Notes under the pieces: model-generated
What the model was told of the DNA's origin: nothing
Seen by the model: the letters and a program-made list of their open reading frames with translations, nothing else
The model's database searches: none
Source of the DNA: a virus
Lineage: Duplodnaviria > Caudoviricetes
Length of the DNA: 51,241 bases
Reading direction: 5' to 3' (one strand)
IMG/VR virus record: IMGVR_UViG_3300037474_000080
Coordinates: 1 to 51,241 of that record
Part shown: positions 1 to 8,443 of the stretch, in pieces
How positions within the stretch are numbered: the stretch's first letter is position 1
Layout of the letters: every line of letters starts with the position of its first letter
Program-made: the position numbers and the translations under genes

Positions 1-181
1 TCTTTTTGCTCGTAATCAACTTCGGCGCGAAAGCCAGCAATAAAGTTGGCAGTAGCGGGAAAATAATATCCCATGCTACTTTAGTGAACCCTGTAGGTGT
101 CTTTGGTGCAGCAATTGCAATCTTATCTGCCGCTTTCTGCAAATCGTCTTTGTTCTCTTTTACTACTGAATTGTCAAACAT
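1..181 (-). CDS. small membrane protein downstream of the lysin (holin/spanin-like?), cut by the window edge
   Basis: ATG at 181 with upstream AGAGAGG RBS; MFDNSVVKENKDDLQK...WDIIFPLLPTLLLAFAPKLITSKK has a hydrophobic stretch; continues in frame at 51241..51198 if the sequence is circular. Confidence 0.6.
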   Translation of the reverse strand, partial: MFDNSVVKENKDDLQKAADKIAIAAPKTPTGFTKVAWDIIFPLLPTLLLAFAPKLITSKK

Positions 182-229
182 AATATTACCTCTCTCTATT
201 TGTTAATCTCTGCAAAGCCGCTCAGTGCT

Positions 230-1069
230 TCACTTGACCGAATATTTAGTAGGATCCGCAGCGATTTTTAACCGCTCCAAATCCAAAATCAATTGGCGTA
301 TAAAGTACAGAATCCCGGCGATTACAAGAATCACAGCAGCAATTATCAGCAGTGTTCTATTGTCCTTCAAAAGTGCAATCAGGCCAGCCCCTGCACCCGT
401 TGCCCAGCCAACCGCACTTGTGACCATACTCTTGAAACCGCCAACGGTAGCCTGCTGTTGAGGATCGCCTGGAGCGCTCACAATCGGCTTGCTTGCATCA
501 GTCAGCGCATTCGGCTGAATGACAACCTGCTGGCCGCTGCCTTCGTTACTCTGTTGCGCTGGGGCATCAGTAGATTGCGGAGGCTGAGAACTGGCAACTG
601 GCTGTTGTATAGTCGGTAATTCTTCAGCCTCCGCCCGGACAACGGCAATATCAAAATCAAGTCCCCACTCTTCAGTAGAATCATAGAGCGACTTGTCAGC
701 CGAAACGCTGATATGAATATGATGCTGATGCGCGTTTGCTCCTGTATAGGGGTTCCAGGTCCAGGCAGGCGAACCCTGATGCGGATATGCGCGGCACATA
801 CGCTTGTTCCATATTAAATATTTTATGCGCGGGTCCCTGCTTTTAATCAACGCCGCTGCCAATCGGTCACCAGTGCAACCGGATGCGGGGTCGTGGGTCA
901 CGTCTATAGCACAGACCACCCCTGCGTCATTTGGGTTATGGTCAGAGGTTCGGGCGCTATGGCTGGTATCACCTACCGAACCGTCAGAGGCTTTGTTTCG
1001 CCCAGGAAAGGCAGCGTTTATTTCAGTCCGCAGTTGCTCTAATGATTTTGCTAATCTCCAGTTTTTCAT
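230..1069 (-). CDS. endolysin (Zn-peptidase type) with Gln/Pro linker and C-terminal hydrophobic segments
   Basis: N-terminal WRLAKSLEQLR...SDGSVGD..H....SDHNP...AIDV...KYLIWN...YTGANAH.HHIHISV pattern typical of phage lysin peptidase domains; lies at the end of the late operon. Confidence 0.75.
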   Translation of the reverse strand: MKNWRLAKSLEQLRTEINAAFPGRNKASDGSVGDTSHSARTSDHNPNDAGVVCAIDVTHDPASGCTGDRLAAALIKSRDPRIKYLIWNKRMCRAYPHQGSPAWTWNPYTGANAHQHHIHISVSADKSLYDSTEEWGLDFDIAVVRAEAEELPTIQQPVASSQPPQSTDAPAQQSNEGSGQQVVIQPNALTDASKPIVSAPGDPQQQATVGGFKSMVTSAVGWATGAGAGLIALLKDNRTLLIIAAVILVIAGILYFIRQLILDLERLKIAADPTKYSVK

Positions 1070-1167
1070 TTTGGTTTTCTCTCAATATGATTCAGCGCCA
1101 AAGGATTTCCTCTGATACACCAAGCTTATATGCCGCCAGTGACGCTGAATTTTAATCCTCTAAGGGG

Positions 1168-1629
1168 CTATTCTTCGCGGTCAATTCTTGTGATTTCAGT
1201 TGAAACCCTGCCAACCAATTCCTTGATTTGTTCTATCGGTGCTTTATCTTCCATCGCCCTGAATATCAGCAGCGCATCAGACAGCAGCATTCTCATTTTG
1301 GGCTTTTCGTTTATGTACCTTACATTTTCTGCGAGTTCTATCTTCAAAGCCTCTTCACGCCTCAGAGCTTCTTCTAATCGGAATTCCAGCGTAGATGCTT
1401 TGACCTGTAATTGATTGTTTTCTTTCTCGACTTCCCGAAGTTCAGCGAAAAGATTGTTTGCCTGTTCTTCTACGCGCATCAAACGGCGCGCATCTTCGGA
1501 AACTTCGGCAAGTTTTAATGTGGTGTCGTCGTGCTTGGAGTTTTTGCGGCTTTCTGTCCATTTGTCTATGCCCTTTGTGATTAGTCCACCAACGCCAAGA
1601 GCAACGAGTAATTGAATAAGTGTTTCCAT
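1168..1629 (-). CDS. N-terminal TM + coiled-coil protein (holin/spanin-like)
   Basis: LIQLLVALGVGGLI then a long heptad-like charged region; directly upstream of the lysin. Confidence 0.5.
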   Translation of the reverse strand: METLIQLLVALGVGGLITKGIDKWTESRKNSKHDDTTLKLAEVSEDARRLMRVEEQANNLFAELREVEKENNQLQVKASTLEFRLEEALRREEALKIELAENVRYINEKPKMRMLLSDALLIFRAMEDKAPIEQIKELVGRVSTEITRIDREE

Positions 1630-1641
1630 TCATGTTGACCT

Positions 1642-2259
1642 TTAGTGACTCGCTGCCATCTGTCGCACTTCATCAATTAAAGCGATGGTTGACTTTTTCA
1701 ATGCCTGTAAAGCAGGGCTTTCAATCGCATCCTCGACGTTTCTTTGTATCAGGCGGTTGTATTTATCAAGCACGGCATCTGATTTTTTAAGGGCTTGTGC
1801 GGTTGCTTCTTTCCAATGGTCGCGCTCACTTTTCAGGCGGTTTCTTGCTCTTGCCTGACCTAAACCATAATGCAGAAGAGTAAACAACTGCTTAACATCC
1901 CATTCACCTTTGAAGATAACCCGCTCAACATTGAACTTCTGCGCATAATCCATAAAATCATCATCAACGCCACCAGTGAAAACAAATGTCGCAGCATCAG
2001 GAGCAAGCCTGCAGAGCCGCGCAAGAGTCGCTTTTTCGTCCCTGCTATCTGGTAAGTGCGGGTCTATCAACATTCCGTCAAACTTGATGCAATCGGGCGC
2101 AGTGAGGATACTGACAGCCGTTTCTAAATCAGGCGCAATGATGTAATCCAATCCATCGTCAAGGAATCGCTTTCGCTGTAGGGGGTTATCGAGCAGGGCA
2201 ACCAGTGAAGGGTCGTCTTCGGCGATGAGTAGAAAACACGGATTTGTGGGAAGGCAGAT
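1642..2259 (-). CDS. response-regulator receiver (CheY-like) domain + coiled-coil; probable ATC start
   Basis: Frame is open 36 codons upstream of the track start (2151) and gives FLLIAEDDPSLVALL...MLID...FTG...IFKG (acidic pocket, phospho-Asp, Thr, Lys); SD AAGGAGGTGAT precedes ATC at 2259. Confidence 0.75.
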   Translation of the reverse strand: MCLPTNPCFLLIAEDDPSLVALLDNPLQRKRFLDDGLDYIIAPDLETAVSILTAPDCIKFDGMLIDPHLPDSRDEKATLARLCRLAPDAATFVFTGGVDDDFMDYAQKFNVERVIFKGEWDVKQLFTLLHYGLGQARARNRLKSERDHWKEATAQALKKSDAVLDKYNRLIQRNVEDAIESPALQALKKSTIALIDEVRQMAASH

Positions 2260-2274
2260 GGTATCACCTCCTTT

Positions 2275-2360
2275 TTGGTAGTTTCAAGTTCATCTTGAAA
2301 CTACCAAGATTCTCGCTATTTTTAGGTAGCTTCAAGATAATCTTGCTTTTACCTAAAAAT
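2275..2360. repeat. two tandem related palindromes
   Basis: TTGGTAGTTTCAAG-ttcat-CTTGAAACTACCAA (2275-2307, perfect 14-bp arms) and ATTTTTAGGTAgcttCAAGAtaaTCTTGctttTACCTAAAAAT (2318-2360). Confidence 0.8.
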
Positions 2361-2666
2361 CTTGCCATGTACTATGCAGTCTTGTCCTTTACTGCCGAAA
2401 CAGGTTTCAGGCACCACGCGACGACCGCCGACAATGCCAGTCATTTCGATTGAATCAAGAATTGCTTCCCTGTCACGGCTTTTCAATACGAGTGCGACTT
2501 TGCCTGTGGTGTTGGTGCCCTCAGTGAATAATACCAAGTCGGATGGTTTTAACTCATCGCCAGCATAGATTTGCAAGCCGCGCGATTTGTCTATTAGATA
2601 AACAGAGGGCTTTTCTTGCGCCAGAATCGGCACACATAGCATGATCAATATCAAAACAACCTTCAT
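2349..2666 (-). CDS. secreted hypothetical protein
   Basis: MKVVLILIMLCVPILA-QEK signal peptide; GGAGG RBS; ATGA overlap with the upstream gene. Confidence 0.65.
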   Translation of the reverse strand: MKVVLILIMLCVPILAQEKPSVYLIDKSRGLQIYAGDELKPSDLVLFTEGTNTTGKVALVLKSRDREAILDSIEMTGIVGGRRVVPETCFGSKGQDCIVHGKIFR

Positions 2667-3166
2667 AATGTCACCTCCAGTGTCTGAAGCAATACCTGCC
2701 CATCTTTGACGAATCGCCGCCATATTTGCAGTTTTGTCCCCGCGGGCAACTTCAAAACCAACTTGGCAAATTCCAAGTCACTTCCCGCATAAACACCGTT
2801 GACGCGCATAATTACATCGCCGTATTGAATCCCGGCCTTCTCCATTGCCAGGTTATTTTTTGCTACCGTTTGCATGAAGAACTCTGCATAGTCGCCGTTT
2901 TGAGCCTTCGTGTCGGGTGTGTATTCTTGCTGTGCGCCGGCAAGAACCCGAGTCTCACAACCATTCCCTACCGGAAAGCACTCAAGATTCGGCGGCGACG
3001 AGAAGCATTGATTCCCAAGACATTGACCGCGACCGCCCGGATCGGTTTGCTGACTGCTGACAAACGGCTTCACTGTTTCCGGTTGCGGTTTTGGCAGCAA
3101 GAGAAGTATGGCGACGATCAGAAGTACAAACGCCGCCAGCCATAGGGTTATTTTCTTGTTAGTCAT
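2663..3166 (-). CDS. membrane-anchored PDZ-domain protein
   Basis: N-terminal TM; four-Cys linker; AMEKAGIQYGDVIMRVNG...FAKLV...GTKLQIWR matches the PDZ pattern A.KAGL..GD.I..VNG. Confidence 0.75.
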   Translation of the reverse strand: MTNKKITLWLAAFVLLIVAILLLLPKPQPETVKPFVSSQQTDPGGRGQCLGNQCFSSPPNLECFPVGNGCETRVLAGAQQEYTPDTKAQNGDYAEFFMQTVAKNNLAMEKAGIQYGDVIMRVNGVYAGSDLEFAKLVLKLPAGTKLQIWRRFVKDGQVLLQTLEVTL

Positions 3167-3647
3167 TTTTCATACCTCGAAAAGTTGGATAGTTTTCCGA
3201 TTCTGGCAGCCCAGGATTTGCGACCACTTCATCAGCTTTCGATATTGGCTTTTGTTTGCCGCCACGCTTCACCTGCACAGGCTTTTGCGGTTTCTTTTCA
3301 ACCGGCGCATCCGTCTTCTGCTCTAAAGCTTTCTTAACTTCATCGGCAATTTGGGAGGCACTGGGGGCAGAGTCAATAACTTGCTGCTGCTCTATAATCC
3401 TTTGCTTCAATCTCTCATTCTCAAGCCTCGCTCCTTGCCTTTGTTGCTCAAAGTAGACGAAGACGGCGCAGATCAATATCAACGTGCAGGCTATGCGCAT
3501 CATAAAGTCATCCGGTTTTGCTTCATGCTGATTGTTAATCTTCCTCTCGGCATCATTACTGCCGGGATATAGTCGGAAGGGAGGTTCGTCATTTGGCATC
3601 AGTATTGCCCACCTTCTAAGTAGAATGTTTTGGCTAGCTATAACCAC
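3159..3647 (-). CDS. single-pass membrane protein with coiled coil (start may be 3599)
   Basis: IACTLILICAVFVYF TM followed by Gln/Glu coiled coil; AAGGGA RBS before GTG. Confidence 0.6.
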   Translation of the reverse strand: MVIASQNILLRRWAILMPNDEPPFRLYPGSNDAERKINNQHEAKPDDFMMRIACTLILICAVFVYFEQQRQGARLENERLKQRIIEQQQVIDSAPSASQIADEVKKALEQKTDAPVEKKPQKPVQVKRGGKQKPISKADEVVANPGLPESENYPTFRGMKND

Positions 3648-3719
3648 AATTTTCCCTTGTTCGTAGAAGTGGGCTAAGTGATTTTAAATTTGACGCGGAA
3701 TGCGTCTAGGTGATTTCAT

Positions 3720-3803
3720 GCGCCTTATCTGGTTGGGAAGCCCATCTTTCCAACTGGTGCGCTACTTCGGTAGTGCGGGGCGGTGACTGGTAATCACCGC
3801 CTC
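3720..3803 (+). ncRNA. candidate structured small RNA (three hairpins)
   Basis: Stems GGTTGGGAAG/CTTTCCAACT, GCTAC-TTCG-GTAGT (cUUCGg) and GGGGCGGTGA/TCACCGCCTC; non-WC pairs are G-U on the + strand. Confidence 0.55.
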
Positions 3804-3820
3804 AACCCTGTTTTGTTGTG

Positions 3821-3849
3821 ATTCTATTTTAGTTGCGCGAACATTTCAA
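3821..3849 (-). promoter_or_regulatory. sigma70-type promoter for the membrane-protein/lysis cassette
   Basis: TTGAAA-17 nt-TAGAAT on the minus strand. Confidence 0.6.
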
Positions 3850-4193
3850 CTACTCCAATTTGCTGCTGCTGATTTGGTTACTGCAATGTGGAGCGCAAGG
3901 CGGCGAATGTCCACAAGCGAACCGCTCGCAACTGCCCTCACATCGAAATGGACAGGCGTTTCAGGCGTGTAGCCACTTAAATCTATAGGCGATGTGGCAA
4001 TGTCTGTAAACGGATCGCCAGACCCATTCTCCCTTGCTTGAATCTGAACATCGACATCGCTTGGACTCGCTTTCAAACTAAAGCCATCTGCAGGAGTGAT
4101 ACGCAATTGAAACGTTGCGCTTGTTTCGCCATCTGACAAATCAATGCCGGGAATGATTACCCGCTTGCCTGATATTGTTGTTATCCTTCCCAT
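3846..4193 (-). CDS. hypothetical virion (tail-tip region) protein
   Basis: beta-rich 115-aa ORF, last of the tail block. Confidence 0.5.
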   Translation of the reverse strand: MGRITTISGKRVIIPGIDLSDGETSATFQLRITPADGFSLKASPSDVDVQIQARENGSGDPFTDIATSPIDLSGYTPETPVHFDVRAVASGSLVDIRRLALHIAVTKSAAANWSS

Positions 4194-4196
4194 AGT

Positions 4197-5867
4197 TTAC
4201 CAGTCTTCCGGTGGAATTCGAGATGTTGAATCAACGAACGCCCAGCCTGTAAAATTAAAATATTGCTCAAGAGATGGGATGTCCGTAGGCTGTCCGGGCA
4301 CTGTGTCGGCCGCATCGTAAATCCAGATGCCGCTTGATGTGCTTCCGTCAAATGATAGCGTATCAATCGGCGTGGTTTTGCCAGAGTAAAGATTGAGTAT
4401 CGTTCTTTCTGTATCAGTTTTTCGCCAGATATAAAACTTGCTATCTTCACTTACCTGGACAGCGCCAACCAGACGACCGGCAACCGTCTGTGTGTTCTTT
4501 ACCGTCAGATTCCCCCTTGCAATGGAGCGCTCACCATAAGGTGTTTCATAATGAACAATGCTTCGCGCATCGGTCATGCTCTTGCTGCGCTGATTCGAGG
4601 CAATCAAAGCGATTTGGTCTGCATTATTGGTGATGTAGGGATAATCACTGACGGCAATTGGCAAGGTCAAGTAGTCCAGTTCTTCTTGGTAAAAATGCCA
4701 GGAACTTGGAAATGACGTACCGAACGCTGCATTGTATGATGCTAAATTGTCACGATGAGCATGGCGGTCGCCTTGTGGCGGTGACGCTACGTTCTGCTTG
4801 TAGCGATACCATTTTGCAACCGGCAAGGTTCGAGCGAAATCATACAGGGTACAGGGTTCAAAGGTTTGCGCGGCACCCCCATCAATCACGGGACCGGGAT
4901 TATTATATTCAAAGCCCCATATCTGAGGCACTACAAACACCTTGACGCGCTTTGTGCCAATTAAGAATCTGCCAGGCACCTCGTCTGCTGAATAGTTCGG
5001 TTCGCTCGTTACCTTGTAATTCGTGGTGTCTGCTGAGTCAAATGATTCGTAAAAGTGTCCAGTTGATTCAATTTTAATAGGGTATTTCGCGGTGTCCAAT
5101 GGCGAACGGAACGCTCCCGGCAAAGAATAGGCTTCTCTTTTACCCCTTGCCCAGGCGTTTGTGCCGGTTGGAATCGGCATGTCTAAACTCACGGTTTCAG
5201 CGGCTTTGTTCTCCGCCTTCTGTGGTTTCGCCTGCCAACCGGAACCGCCAATATCAACCTGTCTTACGCCGACGCGAAGTTTAAGCCCAAGCTTTGACGC
5301 GGCTTTTTCAATCGGCCAACACTTATCATTCTTGCGGTAATTGGTTTGCGTTTCAGCCGCATCAATATTGAAAACGTCAACCTCATCAAATATGTAGATC
5401 GGTCGATTTGGTACATGATCAGGGTCTGGCCGGGTATCGCCGCCGCCATCATTGAAGTTTTGCCCACGTAGTAGGGATTGCGAAATTACCTCAGTCCATT
5501 CTATTTCATCGCGTGGATCCGTGCCGCCACGTTTGATAAAGCCAATTTGCGCACGGTTGTAAAGCATCTCAGTCCAGCGAAAAATATCACCCGCGCCCTC
5601 ATCAAATGAGACAATATAGGCGTTAAACCAGTCACCGCCTTCAAGGGCAATATTGCTCACGCGCTCCCGGTACTTCACTTCAGCGAAAATCTGCGTCACA
5701 TCATGGACGGTAACCTGTGGCAATGGCGACAAGTTCGGGTTCTCAGGCGAAAACGGTGGCGGCCCATAGCGACGGTCAGATTTGGGCGCTGCCTTCCTTA
5801 CTTTGCCTTTTTTCTTTACCTTGACGGTTACGACGCCGCCGAAAGGTGCTTTTTTTTCACTTGGCAT
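4197..5867 (-). CDS. putative tail-tip / receptor-binding protein
   Basis: 556 aa, aromatic/beta-rich, downstream of the hub-like gene; positional call. Confidence 0.5.
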   Translation of the reverse strand: MPSEKKAPFGGVVTVKVKKKGKVRKAAPKSDRRYGPPPFSPENPNLSPLPQVTVHDVTQIFAEVKYRERVSNIALEGGDWFNAYIVSFDEGAGDIFRWTEMLYNRAQIGFIKRGGTDPRDEIEWTEVISQSLLRGQNFNDGGGDTRPDPDHVPNRPIYIFDEVDVFNIDAAETQTNYRKNDKCWPIEKAASKLGLKLRVGVRQVDIGGSGWQAKPQKAENKAAETVSLDMPIPTGTNAWARGKREAYSLPGAFRSPLDTAKYPIKIESTGHFYESFDSADTTNYKVTSEPNYSADEVPGRFLIGTKRVKVFVVPQIWGFEYNNPGPVIDGGAAQTFEPCTLYDFARTLPVAKWYRYKQNVASPPQGDRHAHRDNLASYNAAFGTSFPSSWHFYQEELDYLTLPIAVSDYPYITNNADQIALIASNQRSKSMTDARSIVHYETPYGERSIARGNLTVKNTQTVAGRLVGAVQVSEDSKFYIWRKTDTERTILNLYSGKTTPIDTLSFDGSTSSGIWIYDAADTVPGQPTDIPSLEQYFNFTGWAFVDSTSRIPPEDW

Positions 5868-6053
5868 TTAATATTTCGCGGTCGTATCTTGTTCTATTTT
5901 GGCGAGTGCGGATTCAATATCGGCATTAAGTTCATCATCAATCTGTCTCTGCAATTCTTTCTGCCGAGACTTTAGCCGAAGTCTTTCCAGTGTTATATCC
6001 AAAAGCTCTTTACTGAGAACGTTTATTTTTTCTGAATATGGATTCGTTTGCAT
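5868..6053 (-). CDS. small coiled-coil hypothetical protein
   Basis: 61 aa helical ORF abutting the next gene. Confidence 0.55.
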   Translation of the reverse strand: MQTNPYSEKINVLSKELLDITLERLRLKSRQKELQRQIDDELNADIESALAKIEQDTTAKY

Positions 6054-6063
6054 CTGTGCTATA

Positions 6064-6233
6064 TTTCCAACGTGCGCGGTGCCGAATCATCTCGAATTGC
6101 GGCAAGCCCGAAAGGGTCAAGGGGTCATAGTGGTTCAAATCCGCAACCGCGCAGGGTATAACGTGGGCTTGGCGGGTCCGGCATAGAGTTAGACTTGTGA
6201 AGCAACACAGTAAAAGACGCGAGCCCACGGAAA
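6064..6233 (+). ncRNA. candidate ~170-nt multi-stem ncRNA
   Basis: TGCGCGGT/ACCGCGCA, TGCGG/CCGCA, GCCC-GAAA-GGGT, CGTGGGCTTG/CGAGCCCACG, TGTG/CACA, closing TTTCC/GGAAA; sits in an intergenic gap. Confidence 0.5.
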
Positions 6234-6243
6234 CTTTTCATTT

Positions 6244-8088
6244 TTAAGCAATGACCACACCTTCAATACTTTGCCCTATGACAATCTGGCCCCGCTCTGC
6301 CTGCGTACCACTCACGGAGTAGCCTGTCACTATGGCCGTAACTGAGTTTCCATCACGGTCAACGATGTTGCGAATAGAACCGCGACGAATGCCAGCGTCA
6401 AAACTCGCCAATTGGCAAGAAATCGTAGCCTTGGGATTCTTTGCCTGCTCCAATGCTCGTAGCGCCAATTCTTTCGCCACAGCATAGGGAATAAAGCCAG
6501 CGTCGAATGATATTGGTTCTCTTGCTCCGTCTGTTTCGTCAGATGCTTCATCAACCAACAACACTTGCCTGTTATTGATTGAGTCGCCGTTTCGGACTCG
6601 AACTGAATTGGTGCCTACATGCTCAGTGGTGCCGCTTGATTCTGGTCTGTTTTTTAACTGGTCTAATTTCTCAACGATGACTTGAATCTGGTCTGCGCCA
6701 GTATATCGCCACCATTGGGATGTAGTTGAAATGGGCAGGCGTTTTATAGTTGCGGAATCATCATCAGGCACACGCCCATTAAGAGAAGCTTCGAGCAGCG
6801 GAGTTTTAACAACGTTGTCCGGGTCTTCCTCTTCGTCGCCTTCAATAACAACCAAACCCTCTACTTGAATAAGGGCAAAGGTTTTCTCCATTTCGCCTGG
6901 GAATCCCGGTTTTGCTATCCAGTCAATCCTGCCTCTTTCCGTTTGAACATCTTGCATCGCCTTTGAACCGCTGCCCGTATCAACATAAGCGGTTGTGCGC
7001 TTTTCATAGCCAATTTTCAAACGCCATGAATTGGTGTACTTTTCGTCCTGTACTTCAACTAAGGTGTCTCTGACAATGCCGTTTTCGTCCCTTTGCTGTG
7101 AGCGCGTTTCGATTTTATAAACAGGGTCTGCGGTTATTTTAGTCGGGTCGTCTTCGTCGTCGTGAATCTCTGCGATATAGCGAATCGTGGTTATCTTTTG
7201 CCAGCCGGGTTCGCCGTAAGTTCCAACCTCACGCGGCGGATCTGTCTCTGTGCGAAAGGTCACGTTTTCAGGAAAGTCGTCTTCGGTTAAAGATTGAACG
7301 GAGATTTCCTTATGTGACAGCAGAACAGCATTGACAATGTTTAAGTCAGGGGTGGATTTTGAATAAGAGATATAACCTGAGGCGGTTACTGTCCTTGCTC
7401 CTGTCAATATGCCCTCTGGCAACTCACCGAAGATGTCAATTATGAACAGGCGATTGTCGTCTTCAAATACTACAGGCTTGAAATAGGAATAAAACGAAGC
7501 AGCAATGGAATGATATGAGGTCGTCAGAGAGAAGTCAGCGCGGGGAATCGCATAGTTCGGTAGGTTGTGAATCACTTCACTGAAGCCGCATTTCGTCACA
7601 TAAGCAAAATTCAGCACCTGAATTAAATCCAGGCTTGCAATGGAGATTGTTTCTGCAACGATTGGATTACCAGCAGAATCATTTACGTTCGTCTTGGTTT
7701 CATTATCTTGTAAGATAGTAACTACAGGGTCGTAGATTATGACTGGCATGCGCGGCGCAAGCTTCCATTTCTCCGCAATCGCATCAACGCCTTTTACTGA
7801 ATAAGCATCAGCAGGCGCAAGACCGCCGCCCACTTTGGTTATGCCAATGCTGCGGTTATCGCCGACAACCTTACCAGCTTTAATGAGATTGGTTTTTGGA
7901 TTACTGGTTATGTTGTGGCGTATGAGCAGGTCAAACTGGTCACCACGTTCAAATACCAGCGTCTTATCGGCAATGGTAACGTCGGCCAGTACGCCGAGGG
8001 ATGCTGAAGGGGCAGAGAAATTGAAGCTTGCAAGCGGTTGCTCTGTAGAATTGACCTTTAGAACTGAGGAATACTTTAAGGAAGGCAT
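6244..8088 (-). CDS. putative tail hub / minor tail protein
   Basis: 614 aa; C-terminal 'ISCQLASFDAGIRRGSIRNIVD...AIVTGYSVS' resembles baseplate-hub C-termini; located after tape measure. Confidence 0.55.
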   Translation of the reverse strand: MPSLKYSSVLKVNSTEQPLASFNFSAPSASLGVLADVTIADKTLVFERGDQFDLLIRHNITSNPKTNLIKAGKVVGDNRSIGITKVGGGLAPADAYSVKGVDAIAEKWKLAPRMPVIIYDPVVTILQDNETKTNVNDSAGNPIVAETISIASLDLIQVLNFAYVTKCGFSEVIHNLPNYAIPRADFSLTTSYHSIAASFYSYFKPVVFEDDNRLFIIDIFGELPEGILTGARTVTASGYISYSKSTPDLNIVNAVLLSHKEISVQSLTEDDFPENVTFRTETDPPREVGTYGEPGWQKITTIRYIAEIHDDEDDPTKITADPVYKIETRSQQRDENGIVRDTLVEVQDEKYTNSWRLKIGYEKRTTAYVDTGSGSKAMQDVQTERGRIDWIAKPGFPGEMEKTFALIQVEGLVVIEGDEEEDPDNVVKTPLLEASLNGRVPDDDSATIKRLPISTTSQWWRYTGADQIQVIVEKLDQLKNRPESSGTTEHVGTNSVRVRNGDSINNRQVLLVDEASDETDGAREPISFDAGFIPYAVAKELALRALEQAKNPKATISCQLASFDAGIRRGSIRNIVDRDGNSVTAIVTGYSVSGTQAERGQIVIGQSIEGVVIA

Positions 8089-8106
8089 AAATGGGTAATA
8101 GAAAAG
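8084..8106. repeat. 23-bp direct repeat copy 1 (GGCATAAATGGGTAATAGAAAAG)
   Basis: identical to 8791-8813; lies between divergent genes. Confidence 0.9.
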
Positions 8107-8134
8107 TCAATGGATTCGGCGTATAATGGGGACT

Positions 8135-8443
8135 ATGGACACATGTGATACTTTTGAAATGATAGAAGAAATTGCCGCAGTAAACAGAGAAAAGCTTATT
8201 AACTCAATCCGGCAAATGCTTGAGCAGGGCGAATACCGCTACCTTTCACCACACTGCGACATCGAGACAGGGCAGCTTGACGGAACTTTCACGCCTGAAC
8301 AATTGCGCGCTATTGCTGATGCTATGGACGAATTGAAACCGGTTAAGACCTCTACCCTCGCGGATTTTGACGTTGAATTAATTGAATCTAAAACGATAAA
8401 CGGGATTGAAACCGGATTTCTCAAGCTTACGCCTAAGAATTAA
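8135..8443 (+). CDS. moron-like hypothetical protein, probably leaderless
   Basis: opposite strand within the tail operon; TATAAT at 8122-8127, ATG 7 nt later, no SD. Confidence 0.65.
   Translation: MDTCDTFEMIEEIAAVNREKLINSIRQMLEQGEYRYLSPHCDIETGQLDGTFTPEQLRAIADAMDELKPVKTSTLADFDVELIESKTINGIETGFLKLTPKN

Noticed and set aside
6121-6145. tRNA or tmRNA suggested by GGTTCAAATCC
   Set aside because: No cloverleaf, acceptor stem or CCA could be built; kept only as part of the unknown ncRNA candidate
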